Shown here one piece after another: positions 1-10,255 of a DNA stretch of 64,000 nucleotides. The stretch is taken from the NCBI GenBank assembly GCA_046709505.1, contig JBKEFM010000002.1, positions 4,230 through 68,229 of the forward strand, written 5' to 3'. A program made the position numbers and the translations under genes. The notes under the pieces were generated by a model, which was not told the DNA's origin, searched no databases, and saw nothing but the letters and a program-made list of their open reading frames with translations. This DNA comes from Paraglaciecola sp. (lineage in GTDB: Bacteria > Pseudomonadota > Gammaproteobacteria > Enterobacterales > Alteromonadaceae). Positions within the stretch are counted from its first letter, which is position 1; each line of letters starts with the position of its first letter.

Positions 1-1
1 A

Positions 2-481
2 TATTACACCCAAGACAGGGTGCTATTCGAGCTGGGGCAATGCAAACGTACTTTGCACGGTGGCTGGAATCAGTGGGGCCTGCAAAGCCAGCTTACCCTG
101 TCTTCCATCATCGGATGTGAAGGGAAAGTGGTGTATCCTTGTGGCAAAATACATCTGAATAACCGCTTCCTGTTTCGACGTGACAACTATTTATGCCTAT
201 ACTGTGGTCAGCAGTTTCGTGCCACTGGGTTAACCCGCGACCATATTGTCCCACGTAGCAGAGGCGGCAAAAATACTTGGACCAACTGTGCCACTGCCTG
301 CACCCGATGTAACTTTTTTAAAGCCGATAGAACCCCAGAGGAAGCTGAAATGTCCCTGATTGCAGTGCCTTTCACACCTAATATATATGAACGTTTTTAT
401 TTGATGAGCCGTAAAATACTGGCTGACCAAATGGCCTTCCTTGGTAGTCATTTTTCACATTATCGCACCTGGAAATCCTAG
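2..481 (+). CDS. HNH endonuclease family protein, 5' end outside the window
   Basis: Frame is open from base 2 (YYTQDRVLF...). Motifs RDNYLCLYCG, TRDHIVPRSRGG and CTRCN match a zinc-binding HNH (McrA-like) domain. Confidence 0.85.
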   Translation, partial: YYTQDRVLFELGQCKRTLHGGWNQWGLQSQLTLSSIIGCEGKVVYPCGKIHLNNRFLFRRDNYLCLYCGQQFRATGLTRDHIVPRSRGGKNTWTNCATACTRCNFFKADRTPEEAEMSLIAVPFTPNIYERFYLMSRKILADQMAFLGSHFSHYRTWKS

Positions 482-625
482 CCCCTTTACATACCTTACA
501 CATAACCAGGCAAGATCCCCAATAGCCAATTAAGTGTACTTCTGTGTTATCCGGACAACTTAGCTACAAAAAGGTGCTGAGTTTGGTTTACACTACCATG
601 ATAAATATACAAGGTTATAATTGGA

Positions 626-1537
626 GTGAGTCTGGTGGCAGTGGTGTTTCGCAATATGGTCGGCGTGATTTCAATCACCCTATACTTTGTCAATACTGTT
701 TTTTGGGTTATCCCGATTGTCTTTTTATCCTTTTTCAAACTGATCCCTATCAAACCATGGCGCACCCTGCTGTCGTATCTGCTAGACGGTTGTGCCACAT
801 CGTGGATAAGTGTTAACAGCATTATTCAGAACCTGAGCACACCTACACACATTGAGATAACAGGAGCCCAGACCCTGACACTCAAAGACTGGTATTTAGT
901 TATCTCGAATCATCAATCGTGGGTAGATATTCTTATTTTGCAGCGGGTGTTTAACCGCAAGATCCCTTTTTTGAAATTTTTCCTGAAAAAAGAACTTATT
1001 TGGGTCCCTTTTTTGGGCGTTGCCTGGTGGGCTTTAGATTTCCCTTTTATGAGCCGCTACAGTAAATCCTTCCTAGCAAAAAATCCTCATCTTAAAGGCA
1101 AGGATTTACAGACTACCCAAAAAGCCTGTGAAAAATTTAGCAACAAGCCCGTGAGTATCATGAATTTTGTGGAAGGCACCCGTTTTAGCCCGCACAAGCA
1201 ACAGCGGCAGAATTCTCCATTTACCCATTTACTTAAACCTAAGGCTGGTGGATTAGCATTTGTGCTCAGCGCAATGGGCAGTCAATTGCATAAGTTACTG
1301 GATGTCACTATCCATTACCCTCAGGGTATTCCAACCTTTTGGGATTTTGTCTGTGGCAAAGTCAAATCAATCCAGGTAAAGGTGAGAATTCTTTCTGTTG
1401 AGGAATTGCTAAACAGTGACGCTTTTGCCCAAGATTATTTTGACAATCCCGCCCAGCGGGCAAAATTTCAACGGTGGCTAAACGAAATTTGGCTGGAAAA
1501 AGACCAGGCAATTGAACAACTATCGACCGGACAATAG
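626..1537 (+). CDS. YihG-like PlsC-family acyltransferase
   Basis: NHQSWVD (HxxxxD), FFLKKEL and FVEGTR motifs. Exact start is uncertain. Confidence 0.9.
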   Translation: MSLVAVVFRNMVGVISITLYFVNTVFWVIPIVFLSFFKLIPIKPWRTLLSYLLDGCATSWISVNSIIQNLSTPTHIEITGAQTLTLKDWYLVISNHQSWVDILILQRVFNRKIPFLKFFLKKELIWVPFLGVAWWALDFPFMSRYSKSFLAKNPHLKGKDLQTTQKACEKFSNKPVSIMNFVEGTRFSPHKQQRQNSPFTHLLKPKAGGLAFVLSAMGSQLHKLLDVTIHYPQGIPTFWDFVCGKVKSIQVKVRILSVEELLNSDAFAQDYFDNPAQRAKFQRWLNEIWLEKDQAIEQLSTGQ

Positions 1538-2449
1538 TTGATGTTGAATTGTTTGCCTGGTGTTATCGTATTTCCATTACATTTGCTTCTGCAAATGCTT
1601 AATTTATCTTTGTGGGCGTTGCTGATCTTAATATTTGGTCTGTTCAAACTACTGTTACCTTTTGCCCCTCTCACGGAGGTCATTAATTCATTGCTCAATG
1701 CTATGCTATTTACATTTGGTGTCCTCAGTGTGCGACTTATCAGGCTGTTCAACCGGGTCGAACTGGACTACCAAATTGATGGATCATTGAGTAAAGATGA
1801 ATGGTACTTGATGCTGCCTAATCATCTCAGCTGGCTCGATATTATCTTATTAACAGATTTTGCCAAAGGACGCATACCAGCTCCAAAATTCTTCTTAAAA
1901 AAAGAGCTGATCTGGTTGCCCTTTGTCGGTGTGGCGGCTTGGGCTTTAGACATGCCTTTTATGCAACGTTACAGCAAGGAATTTTTACGCAAATATCCCC
2001 ATTTGAAGGGCAAAGATATTCAAACTACACGTAAATCTTGTGAAAAATTTCGTCAGCGACCCACGACTGTCATTAACTTTGTGGAAGGCAGTCGCTACAC
2101 CAAACGTAAACATCACCATTGCCAGAGTCAATTTAACACTCTTCTGCCACCCAAGGCTGGGGGCATCGCCTTTACGTTAGCGGCAATGGGCGAATTATTC
2201 ACCAGTATTTTAGATGTGACCCTGCTCTATCCCCCAAATGACGGTAGCCCAATGATCCAAATGTTAGGGGGTAAGCTCAAAAAAGTGATTATCAGAGTCA
2301 AGGTCTTGCCAATAAACCAGGATATAATAGGGGATTATTTTAACGATGAAGCGTTTAAACGACGTTTTCAACTATGGTTAAATGCCCATTGGCTTGATAA
2401 AGACATTTTACTGACGCAATTAATGGGAGACAAAATTGGTGACCAATAG
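1538..2449 (+). CDS. Second YihG-like PlsC-family acyltransferase (tandem paralog)
   Basis: NHLSWLD, FFLKKEL and FVEGSR motifs; colinear with the upstream paralog. Confidence 0.9.
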   Translation: MMLNCLPGVIVFPLHLLLQMLNLSLWALLILIFGLFKLLLPFAPLTEVINSLLNAMLFTFGVLSVRLIRLFNRVELDYQIDGSLSKDEWYLMLPNHLSWLDIILLTDFAKGRIPAPKFFLKKELIWLPFVGVAAWALDMPFMQRYSKEFLRKYPHLKGKDIQTTRKSCEKFRQRPTTVINFVEGSRYTKRKHHHCQSQFNTLLPPKAGGIAFTLAAMGELFTSILDVTLLYPPNDGSPMIQMLGGKLKKVIIRVKVLPINQDIIGDYFNDEAFKRRFQLWLNAHWLDKDILLTQLMGDKIGDQ

Positions 2450-3683
2450 TACTCAGCTGATAGAGCGAATTATACAAGGTTATGCCTACCTAGGTATCTC
2501 GGTAACAAACGGCAGTCTTTTATTCAATTGCACCGCAGTATTGGGTTTATTGATATTAGCCTGGTTGAGTTTTCGACTAACCCAATGGGTGCTCAAAAGC
2601 AGGATAAGCAAAGTCTTTTCAGCAACCAAAAATAAAATCGACGACAAACTGCAAAAAAATGGCGTATTCAGGCGCTGTAGCCATATGATACCTGCCCTGA
2701 TGATTTATGTGCTCAGTCCTGTGCTTATCAATGAACCCGTATTGCTGGCTTTCTTGCAAAAAATTGCCCTTATCTACGTTATTATCGCTGCAGTGGCAAC
2801 CAGTAGCGCCTTGTTAAACACCGCAGAAAATGTGTATAACGCGTCTCAATTGGCCAAACGGGCACCGATAACAGGTTTCATACAGGTAGCCAAACTTTTT
2901 ATAGTCATCATTGCCGCTTTGCTCATTATCTCCAGCCTGATCGATAAATCCCCTACTTTATTGCTCTCTGGGCTGGGAGCAATCACCGCCATCTTGTTGT
3001 TGATATTTCGTGACACTATTTTAGGCTTTGTGGCAGGTATTCAAATTGCGGCTAATCGTATGGTCAACACCGGTGACTGGATTGAATTACCAAAATACGG
3101 TGCGGATGGCACAGTCCTTCAGGTCGGACTAACCACTGTAAAAGTACAGAACTGGGATAACACCATCTCCACGGTCCCCACTTATAGCCTGATAACCGAT
3201 CCCATGAAGAATTGGCGTGGCATGTCAGAATCTGGCGGGCGGCGCATCAAAAGGTCGCTGTATATTGATGTCAATAGCATTCAATTTTGCGATCAGAAAA
3301 TGCTGGATGACCTAGGGAAAATTCGTTTTATCAATCAGTATATCGAACACAAGCGGGCGGAGTTGGATGCTTATCACCAGGAACAGAAAATCGATATACA
3401 AGATTTACTCAACAGTCGTAGGTTAACCAATATAGGCACGCTTAGGGCCTATCTGATATCTTATTTACGTCACCATCCGCAGGTCAATCAGTCTATGACC
3501 CTTATGGTCAGACAAATGCCGCCTACTGAGCTGGGACTACCATTAGAGATCTACTGTTTTAGCACAGACAAAAACTGGGTTAACTATGAAGGAATTCAAG
3601 CAGATATTTTTGATCATGCCTTGGCGATACTGCCCATCTTCAGCTTAAGGGCCTATCAACGCGCCAGCGACAGGCCACATTAG
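2436..3683 (+). CDS. ybdG: MscS-family mechanosensitive channel, YbdG/MscM type
   Basis: N-terminal TM helices; GDWIELPKYGADG, VKVQNWDNTI, NWRGMSESGGRRIKRS and LTNIGT signatures. Confidence 0.85.
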   Translation: MVTNSTQLIERIIQGYAYLGISVTNGSLLFNCTAVLGLLILAWLSFRLTQWVLKSRISKVFSATKNKIDDKLQKNGVFRRCSHMIPALMIYVLSPVLINEPVLLAFLQKIALIYVIIAAVATSSALLNTAENVYNASQLAKRAPITGFIQVAKLFIVIIAALLIISSLIDKSPTLLLSGLGAITAILLLIFRDTILGFVAGIQIAANRMVNTGDWIELPKYGADGTVLQVGLTTVKVQNWDNTISTVPTYSLITDPMKNWRGMSESGGRRIKRSLYIDVNSIQFCDQKMLDDLGKIRFINQYIEHKRAELDAYHQEQKIDIQDLLNSRRLTNIGTLRAYLISYLRHHPQVNQSMTLMVRQMPPTELGLPLEIYCFSTDKNWVNYEGIQADIFDHALAILPIFSLRAYQRASDRPH

Positions 3684-3696
3684 CTGACAATGTAGG

Positions 3697-3894
3697 TTAA
3701 TTTACAGTCAAAGCATACAAAAACAGGCTAAACAATACCACGCTAGTTATGCCAAAAAAGCCATATTCAACTCGAGTCTTCATCACGTCTTGCTGGTTAG
3801 GCTGAGCGATAAAACCCATAATAATACTACTGATCCCTAATACAAATGCGACCAGCGCAAATCCAAAAAGTATCGCGTCACCCCAATTACCCAT
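3697..3894 (-). CDS. Small two-helix membrane protein of unknown function
   Basis: 65 aa, two hydrophobic segments, AGGA-type RBS upstream on the minus strand. Confidence 0.7.
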   Translation of the reverse strand: MGNWGDAILFGFALVAFVLGISSIIMGFIAQPNQQDVMKTRVEYGFFGITSVVLFSLFLYALTVN

Positions 3895-4092
3895 ATTTGT
3901 TTCCTATTGTTATAACGGCTGCTGAATCATACCCACAAAAATTTCTCTGCAATTATATACCCAAATGAGGAAAGAAATATAGACTGGTCAGAGACACTAA
4001 TTATTGGCGTTTTAAACAAAAAAAGTAGTAAATAGTGAGTGTGAATTTTATTGTCTTATGTGTAAATCAAGGTTTCTCAATGGTTTATTTTT

Positions 4093-4107
4093 TGGCTTGG
4101 TACTTGC
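4093..4107 (+). promoter_or_regulatory. Candidate sigma54 (-24/-12) promoter
   Basis: TGGC-N7-TTGC (tggcttggtacttgc) about 70 bp upstream of the DUF2884-like gene. Confidence 0.4.
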
Positions 4108-4179
4108 TTCTCGTTCTTTTAGTCGTCGGGCATATAAACACGTCTTAACCTCGCCTTGACAAACTATTAGGAGAACGCT

Positions 4180-4956
4180 ATGCACAAACTGATTTGCACC
4201 AGTCTTTTATTATTAAGCACCACATCTATGGCAGCCAATCAATGCGATGTCGAGTTTGATGGCCAGATTGAACTAGAACAGCACGTCCTGACCATACACA
4301 CCAAGCAACACAAAAAGGTCATGATCAATCAAGACAAGGTGCTTTTTGTCAATGATCAAAAAATCACCTTAACTGACCGGCAACAGCAACGGGTAAAGGA
4401 ATATTACGATAGTATCTATAGCGCTGTACCCATGGCTGCGGGCATAGCCTCAGATGCGCTGGCGATGGCCAGTAGTGCCATTAACCAAACCTTCACCAAG
4501 TTACTCGGTGCCGATAGTCAGGTCGTAGCGAATGCTGTCGTTCAAATTGATTCGTTAAAAGAAATCTTGCACGATAATTTTTACGCCAAAAACGGTTCTA
4601 TACGTCTGTATTCCAAACAGTTCCAAGACGGAGAATTTTTTAGTGAAGATTTTACACAAAACTTAGAGCAGGCGATTGAAGGGATCGTTACTCAGTCAAT
4701 TGGGCAAATTATGGTGTCTCTGGGGACAGAAATGTTATTAAACGGCGGTGATATGGGCGGGTTTGAACAACGGATGGCAACCTTCGGCGACGAAATCGAG
4801 CAAAAATTAGAGCACCAGGGAACCGCATTTGAAAAACGCGCTGAACTGTTTTGTGCTAGTTTGGCCAATATAGACCGCATAGAAGAAAAATTGCAAAACG
4901 AAATCCCACAACTGGCAGACATGGATGTTCTGCAAGTAAAAAATTACGCAATGTAA
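4180..4956 (+). CDS. DUF2884 / YggN-like exported protein
   Basis: Signal peptide, early Cys (QCDV), helical body and late Cys (LFCASL); GGAG RBS. Confidence 0.75.
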   Translation: MHKLICTSLLLLSTTSMAANQCDVEFDGQIELEQHVLTIHTKQHKKVMINQDKVLFVNDQKITLTDRQQQRVKEYYDSIYSAVPMAAGIASDALAMASSAINQTFTKLLGADSQVVANAVVQIDSLKEILHDNFYAKNGSIRLYSKQFQDGEFFSEDFTQNLEQAIEGIVTQSIGQIMVSLGTEMLLNGGDMGGFEQRMATFGDEIEQKLEHQGTAFEKRAELFCASLANIDRIEEKLQNEIPQLADMDVLQVKNYAM

Positions 4957-4976
4957 CCATAAGTAACAATCAATAT

Positions 4977-5789
4977 ATGAAGATAAGCATATGCGGTTGT
5001 GGTTGGCTAGGCCAACCGCTAGCACAACACCTTAAACACAGTGGTCACAGTATCGTAGCTACTCGTCGTTCAGAAAAAGGCCTACAAGCCCTGGATGAAC
5101 TCGGTTATAAGGGCATAATCTATAACCTCGGCGAGCCCTTGAACAGCAGTGCTGTGCAGCCACTTTTTTCGTGTGACCTATTGATATTAAATATTCCTCC
5201 TGGTCGCAAGTCTATAAACCCAGAGTCTTTTGTCATGCAAATGAAGGACTTGGTAGCCCACGCTAATAGCTGCGGCATCAAAAACATTATCTTTATCAGC
5301 ACAACCTCGGTATATGGCAAACAAACCGTTCAAGTGACCGAGCAAACAAACGTACAGCCAAATACCGATTCAGGCCTTGCTCATATCCTTATCGAACAAA
5401 GTGTTTTTGAATATTTTGAAAAACGCGGAACTGTAATTCGACTAGCGGGTTTAGTGGGTAGTGGCAGACATCCTGCAAAATTTCTGGCCGGCCGTGTTGA
5501 CTTAAAAAATGGTGAGCAAGGAGTCAACCTTATCCACCAGCAAGATGTGATTAGGGCGATTGCGCAGATTATTGAAAAAAAAATTTGGGGAGTAACCCTT
5601 CATCTTGCCGCGAATGAGCACCCCAGCAGGGAGGAATACTATCGCTGGGCGGCAGTGAAATTAGCGCTGCCAGAGCCACAGTTTGCACCATCAGGGCCCC
5701 TGACGGGCAAATTTATCGACGCCAGTTGGACCTTACAAAAACTCGGTTTGAAACTGCTATATCCAAGCCCTTTTGATATGTTGGATTAG
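4977..5789 (+). CDS. Atypical SDR / NAD(P)-binding epimerase, YeeZ-like
   Basis: ICGCGWLG Rossmann motif; FISTTSVYG, RLAGL and VNLIHQQD. Confidence 0.85.
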   Translation: MKISICGCGWLGQPLAQHLKHSGHSIVATRRSEKGLQALDELGYKGIIYNLGEPLNSSAVQPLFSCDLLILNIPPGRKSINPESFVMQMKDLVAHANSCGIKNIIFISTTSVYGKQTVQVTEQTNVQPNTDSGLAHILIEQSVFEYFEKRGTVIRLAGLVGSGRHPAKFLAGRVDLKNGEQGVNLIHQQDVIRAIAQIIEKKIWGVTLHLAANEHPSREEYYRWAAVKLALPEPQFAPSGPLTGKFIDASWTLQKLGLKLLYPSPFDMLD

Positions 5790-5871
5790 TTAGTCGTCAG
5801 TAAATTATCCATAAAAAAGCCGTGCCCCCTGGCGCTCACTTTCATTCTATTATCTGTATTAATAATTTAAT

Positions 5872-5900
5872 AAAAAAGCCAAGGGGCTGCTTGGCTTTTT
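5872..5900. terminator. Bidirectional intrinsic terminator
   Basis: aaaaaagccaag-gggctg-cttggcttttt between convergent genes. Confidence 0.75.
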
Positions 5901-5917
5901 GACAGGATACAAAGACA

Positions 5918-7339
5918 TCAACCAATAAGGGCAGTACCAAAATATTTTAGCGCCACTGTGTTGATAAATATCAATAACAAAATCACGGGAATAAAGGTCC
6001 CCACGGAAAAATTCACATATTTTTCAAACCAGCTTTTGGCAAACTTAGGGGCACCCTTGTCCAGCTCAGCGTTGAAATTGGCTTTTTTCCAGCGGTAGAT
6101 AACAAAGAGACAAATCAGTAGGCCGTTGAACGGCAATATAGTGTCATAAAATACGTCTATGATGACGTCAAACACCGATTTGCTTTGTCCCGCATAGCTA
6201 ACGAACTCAGTAAAAAAGCCAATTAGCCCAAAAGAGGTGGCGGCAATAATCGCCATCACGACTAACAGCAAGCCCAATATCCCCAGAGATGTCTTACGGC
6301 TCAGCTTTTTTTCGTCCATCAAGGCTGCTACAGGCACTTCAAAAATAGAAACCAGTGAGGTGATAGCCGCAAAAAACACCAATAAGAAAAACAAGCTCGC
6401 CACTACACTTGCTCCAGCAAAGCCGATATTAACTTGTAGGGCCAGAAATATTTTTGGCAAGAAAGTAAAGATCATGCCCACTGAAGAGTCACTCAAATCT
6501 GCCGTATTGGTGTTGGGATTAAATGAAAATACAGCGGGTAGGATCAGCAGGCCAGCGATAAAGGCCACAGCCGTGTCCAGTAATGCCACCAGCTTAGCAG
6601 AGCCTGGAACGTCACTGCTATCATCCAGGTAAGACCCATAGGTGATCATGATACCCATTCCCAGCGATAGGGAGAAAAAGGCTTGTGACAAGGCTGCACT
6701 GACAACAGTGGCATCTATTTTGCCAAAATCCGGGATCAAATAGTATTTTACACCCTCAATGGCGTTATCCAGGGTCAGTACAAAGATCACCAACCCAACT
6801 AACATGACAAACAAGGCCGGCATCATCAGTTTTGCCGCCTTTTCAATGCCCTGTTTAACACCACCCTGGAGGATTAGATACACCACCAGCAATACGGCTA
6901 ACATATAGTAAAAAAGATCATAACCATTGATAAAGGTGCCAAAGGTACCTGGGTTAGCCAATACATCTAAATTACCTATAACACACTGCACCAGATAACC
7001 GAAGATCCAGACAGTCAACACCAGGTAAAAGACCGCTATCATAAAAGGCGTGATAATAGATAACCAACCCGCTAGCTTCCAATGGCGCTCGCCGCCTGTC
7101 AGATTGCTATATGCCCCCAGGGGATCTTTGCGGCTATGGCGCCCTACAGACATCTCTGCCAACATAACCGGCAGACAGACAAAAGCCACGAAAATAGCGT
7201 ACATCAGCAGGAAGGCCCCGCCTCCATTTTTGGTTGCAGCAACAGGAAAACCCACCATATTGCCGATACCTACAGCAGACCCTGCTGCTGCTAGAATAAA
7301 ACCTAATCGAGATCCAAACTGTTCGCGAGGCGCACCCAT
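5918..7339 (-). CDS. Sodium-dependent transporter (NSS/SNF family)
   Basis: LAAAGSAVGIGN, NGGGAF and QAFFSLSLG motifs; many TM segments. Confidence 0.92.
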   Translation of the reverse strand: MGAPREQFGSRLGFILAAAGSAVGIGNMVGFPVAATKNGGGAFLLMYAIFVAFVCLPVMLAEMSVGRHSRKDPLGAYSNLTGGERHWKLAGWLSIITPFMIAVFYLVLTVWIFGYLVQCVIGNLDVLANPGTFGTFINGYDLFYYMLAVLLVVYLILQGGVKQGIEKAAKLMMPALFVMLVGLVIFVLTLDNAIEGVKYYLIPDFGKIDATVVSAALSQAFFSLSLGMGIMITYGSYLDDSSDVPGSAKLVALLDTAVAFIAGLLILPAVFSFNPNTNTADLSDSSVGMIFTFLPKIFLALQVNIGFAGASVVASLFFLLVFFAAITSLVSIFEVPVAALMDEKKLSRKTSLGILGLLLVVMAIIAATSFGLIGFFTEFVSYAGQSKSVFDVIIDVFYDTILPFNGLLICLFVIYRWKKANFNAELDKGAPKFAKSWFEKYVNFSVGTFIPVILLLIFINTVALKYFGTALIG

Positions 7340-7472
7340 AGTGTCATCCTTTATTATTTTTATATTTAGGAGCGGATATTAACAGCAGATAATTAAAAAG
7401 TCTTCGCTCAACCGCGAACAAGGAGTAAACCAAACGACGTGAAATATTTACAAAGATGTAACATTCGCTACT

Positions 7473-8216
7473 TTACCAGGGTATAGACTTGCCATCCCAG
7501 TCGACGTAATGGGGTCCGTCTTGGGCATGTAACTGCGCTAATTGGCCCAGTAAGCAGTTCACGGTGAATTGCACAGTAAACAATTTCCCCCTGGCCACAT
7601 TGGCCTGAAATGGCTTAGACAGCTCAGTATCAACTGTGCCAGGATGATAACAGACCAATGCCAGATTGCTGATCCGCCGCTGGTATTCAATCTGCGCCGT
7701 TTTAATCAACATATTAAGCGCTGCTTTACTGGCGCGATAGCCATACCAACCTCCCAGCTGGTTGTCCGTAATACTGCCTACCCGGGCACTAAAAAAAACC
7801 ACCTTGACTGGGAACTCCCTGGACACCAAAGGCTCGATATATTTTAACCAAATACCCGGCAATACCGCATTAGTAAAAAAATAACCACTGAGTTTACTCA
7901 CTGACAAGTCTTCCAGACGTTTCTCTGGTTTTAGAGCAACATCGTTTTCTGTCGTACCGTGCAATACGCCAATACAGCAAACTATCAGACTAAAACGTTG
8001 TGGCTGTTGCGTTAATTTTTTACAATAATCTGCCACTTCTTGCTCATCGCTATAATCAATTTGAGCATACTCAACTCCTTCTACTGACTGTGTTGGCAAT
8101 GATCTAGATACGCCATGCACAGTGGTAAAATCGGAACTGCAGCTAAGCTGACGTACTAACTCTTGACCAATTCCACCATTGGCCCCTATGACTAAAGCAT
8201 CAGGTTTTTTTATCAT
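7473..8216 (-). CDS. SDR oxidoreductase, CsgA (C-factor)-like
   Basis: GANGGIG, SARVGSI, GGWYGYRASKAALN (YxxxK) and HPGTVDT motifs. Confidence 0.88.
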   Translation of the reverse strand: MIKKPDALVIGANGGIGQELVRQLSCSSDFTTVHGVSRSLPTQSVEGVEYAQIDYSDEQEVADYCKKLTQQPQRFSLIVCCIGVLHGTTENDVALKPEKRLEDLSVSKLSGYFFTNAVLPGIWLKYIEPLVSREFPVKVVFFSARVGSITDNQLGGWYGYRASKAALNMLIKTAQIEYQRRISNLALVCYHPGTVDTELSKPFQANVARGKLFTVQFTVNCLLGQLAQLHAQDGPHYVDWDGKSIPW

Positions 8217-8723
8217 TTTGCATTATCCTTAACCAAGTTTACTATTGGTTAACAGCTAAGAGTGGGTGAGCTTTAGCTCAGATTTTGTAGCAATCACTTG
8301 CTATCGAGCATTAAAATCATGCGCCTAAAAATGAGTTTACACCCTTTCCTGCGACCGAAATAAAACTGCCTTGAGGGTAATGCCCTGTTAACAGTCGAAT
8401 AATTATATTACGCAGCTAGGACATAAATAGATTAGTGTCCAAATAATTTTATTGCATGCCTGTCTTGAACATCTCTCAATACGTAATCCCCCCTCCCTTA
8501 AGTATGTTACTGGGGTAACACCTGAGAAACATACTTTAACGGGTAATCTTCCCCGGTGCCTTGGAGCAGAATTTATACCATAGAAACCGTCAAATGGGCA
8601 TTTTTTGACTATGGGGGGCAGATAAATAATCAAACTTGCAAGCAAGCTTATACCCAAGCGGCCACGCTAAGAGGTTCAGCTTAATTTTGAAGAGGATAAA
8701 AAACTCTCACTATCAGTAACTGA

Positions 8724-8967
8724 TACCACTCCACATTAATATTTACTCACTGAGCGAACGATAATATTTACTTAACCAGAGTGAAAATATTTCCGGTCTA
8801 CTGATAAAGCGTAAGCAAATTTAGCATCGCCCTTCGGGAAGGCGCTGGCAAGGTCCATCGCTGTATTATAACGTCTATGAAGGCAATCAGCATTCCTTCG
8901 ATGTTACGCTTTGCTATGAAACTTGCCAGCGCCTTGTGAGTTGATCACATATCAAGGAGCAATGGTA
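8724..8967 (+). mobile_element. MITE-like structured repeat, copy 1 (244 bp)
   Basis: Colinear with 18100-18342 and with the reverse complement of 26608-26850. Ends TACCA...TGGTA; flanks TGA/TTA (imperfect 3-bp duplication). Confidence 0.85.
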
Positions 8968-9136
8968 TTACGTAGCGCTCAGCACATTTAATATTATGAC
9001 TATGAGGCAAAAATCTATCGTCAGAATTACGGTGCCAACAGCCCACAAAATCAAGACGGCTATAGGAGAGTCGCTTAAACATGGCCAAGTTTAAGCAAGA
9101 TTTTGCCCGTCACCTGAAGAAAAACGAGTTCATAGA

Positions 9137-10255
9137 TTATTCAAACCAGTTACCTTGTATCGGTAAGCTGAACAATAAAGGGGCCATCATTAGATAGTTG
9201 GCCCGGTTTTGTTCACACCGTACATTTTGCATATAGACTTTTTTCCAAGGATCGTTGATAAGCCACAGTGTTTTTCCTACCACTGCTATTCCTTCAATAG
9301 ATGCGTTATCCATTAACTCCCACTTTTCACATCCCTCAGTAGACATTACAGGCGCCTGAAATACCAGGCTAACGATGCGGGTTTCCTGACTCCTGGTCAG
9401 ATCAATGATCCACAGTGTTTCATCATTTCGAGCAGCCGCTAGCAGATAGCTTTTCTCTCCATATTGGTAAAAATCCAGACCGTTGATTGGGTGATTACCC
9501 TGTTTAAATTTCGGCAACTTTACTTCGGTGTCCACAAGAGGAATAAAGTCGTTTGTCTGCCAAAAATCATCGGTCAGGATGGTAGAAAAGATACGGGCAT
9601 TACTCTTGCTGTCTTTCTCTAGTGCCAAATAAAGGGTGCGATCCGTGCCCAGAGCCAGTCCCTCGATACCATCATTGGGGAAATTACCCACCATGAATGA
9701 TGATGCAAACTGCACAGGTCGTGTATTAGTCATCAGTACTGTGCCGTCATCTTGTATTTTCAGCCTCACCAACAGGGTAGGAAAATCGGTGGACCCGGTA
9801 TTGGCGTATTTTTGCCGACAACGACCACTAAGTTGCCCCTGACTACTGGCGTCCTCGGTTATAGTGAAAAACACCCCCGATTCCTGAGGATCGGCCACTA
9901 AGGCTTCCAAGTCGGGATTTGTTGCCAGGTAGTCACCAAAACACCCGAATTTTATGTGCTCAGCCAAGATCATAGGCATATTTTGGGGAGTCAGTTTAGC
10001 GCCCTGTGCCTCTATGGCTCGCAAGCGCAATCGCTGTGAAGGATGAGCGCTTCTATCGCTCAGGGTCATCAATTGGCCATTCCAGTGTGTCAGCCCCGAT
10101 GTTTGCGGATCGCGCATCACCTGACCATTTGGCTCGGTTATCCATTGCCCCTTAAGGACCACGCTATCGATAGCGGGTGAAACATCACGGTAACTATTGC
10201 TACATGCCAACAAACTCGTCAACATCCCGATTAAAAAAAATAACTTAATTTTCAT
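9137..10255 (-). CDS. Lipoprotein with probable beta-propeller (phytase-like esterase / SdiA-regulated-like)
   Basis: Lipobox LLAC; repeated blade-like motifs QTSGL, DLEAL, GIEGLA, INGLD and SIEGIA. Confidence 0.6.
   Translation of the reverse strand: MKIKLFFLIGMLTSLLACSNSYRDVSPAIDSVVLKGQWITEPNGQVMRDPQTSGLTHWNGQLMTLSDRSAHPSQRLRLRAIEAQGAKLTPQNMPMILAEHIKFGCFGDYLATNPDLEALVADPQESGVFFTITEDASSQGQLSGRCRQKYANTGSTDFPTLLVRLKIQDDGTVLMTNTRPVQFASSFMVGNFPNDGIEGLALGTDRTLYLALEKDSKSNARIFSTILTDDFWQTNDFIPLVDTEVKLPKFKQGNHPINGLDFYQYGEKSYLLAAARNDETLWIIDLTRSQETRIVSLVFQAPVMSTEGCEKWELMDNASIEGIAVVGKTLWLINDPWKKVYMQNVRCEQNRANYLMMAPLLFSLPIQGNWFE

Noticed and set aside
8403-8700. 84-aa ORF at 8403-8657 and a TATACCCAAG motif resembling an ERIC-type end
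   Set aside because: No recognisable motif or RBS for the ORF, and no convincing matching inverted end or second copy for the motif.
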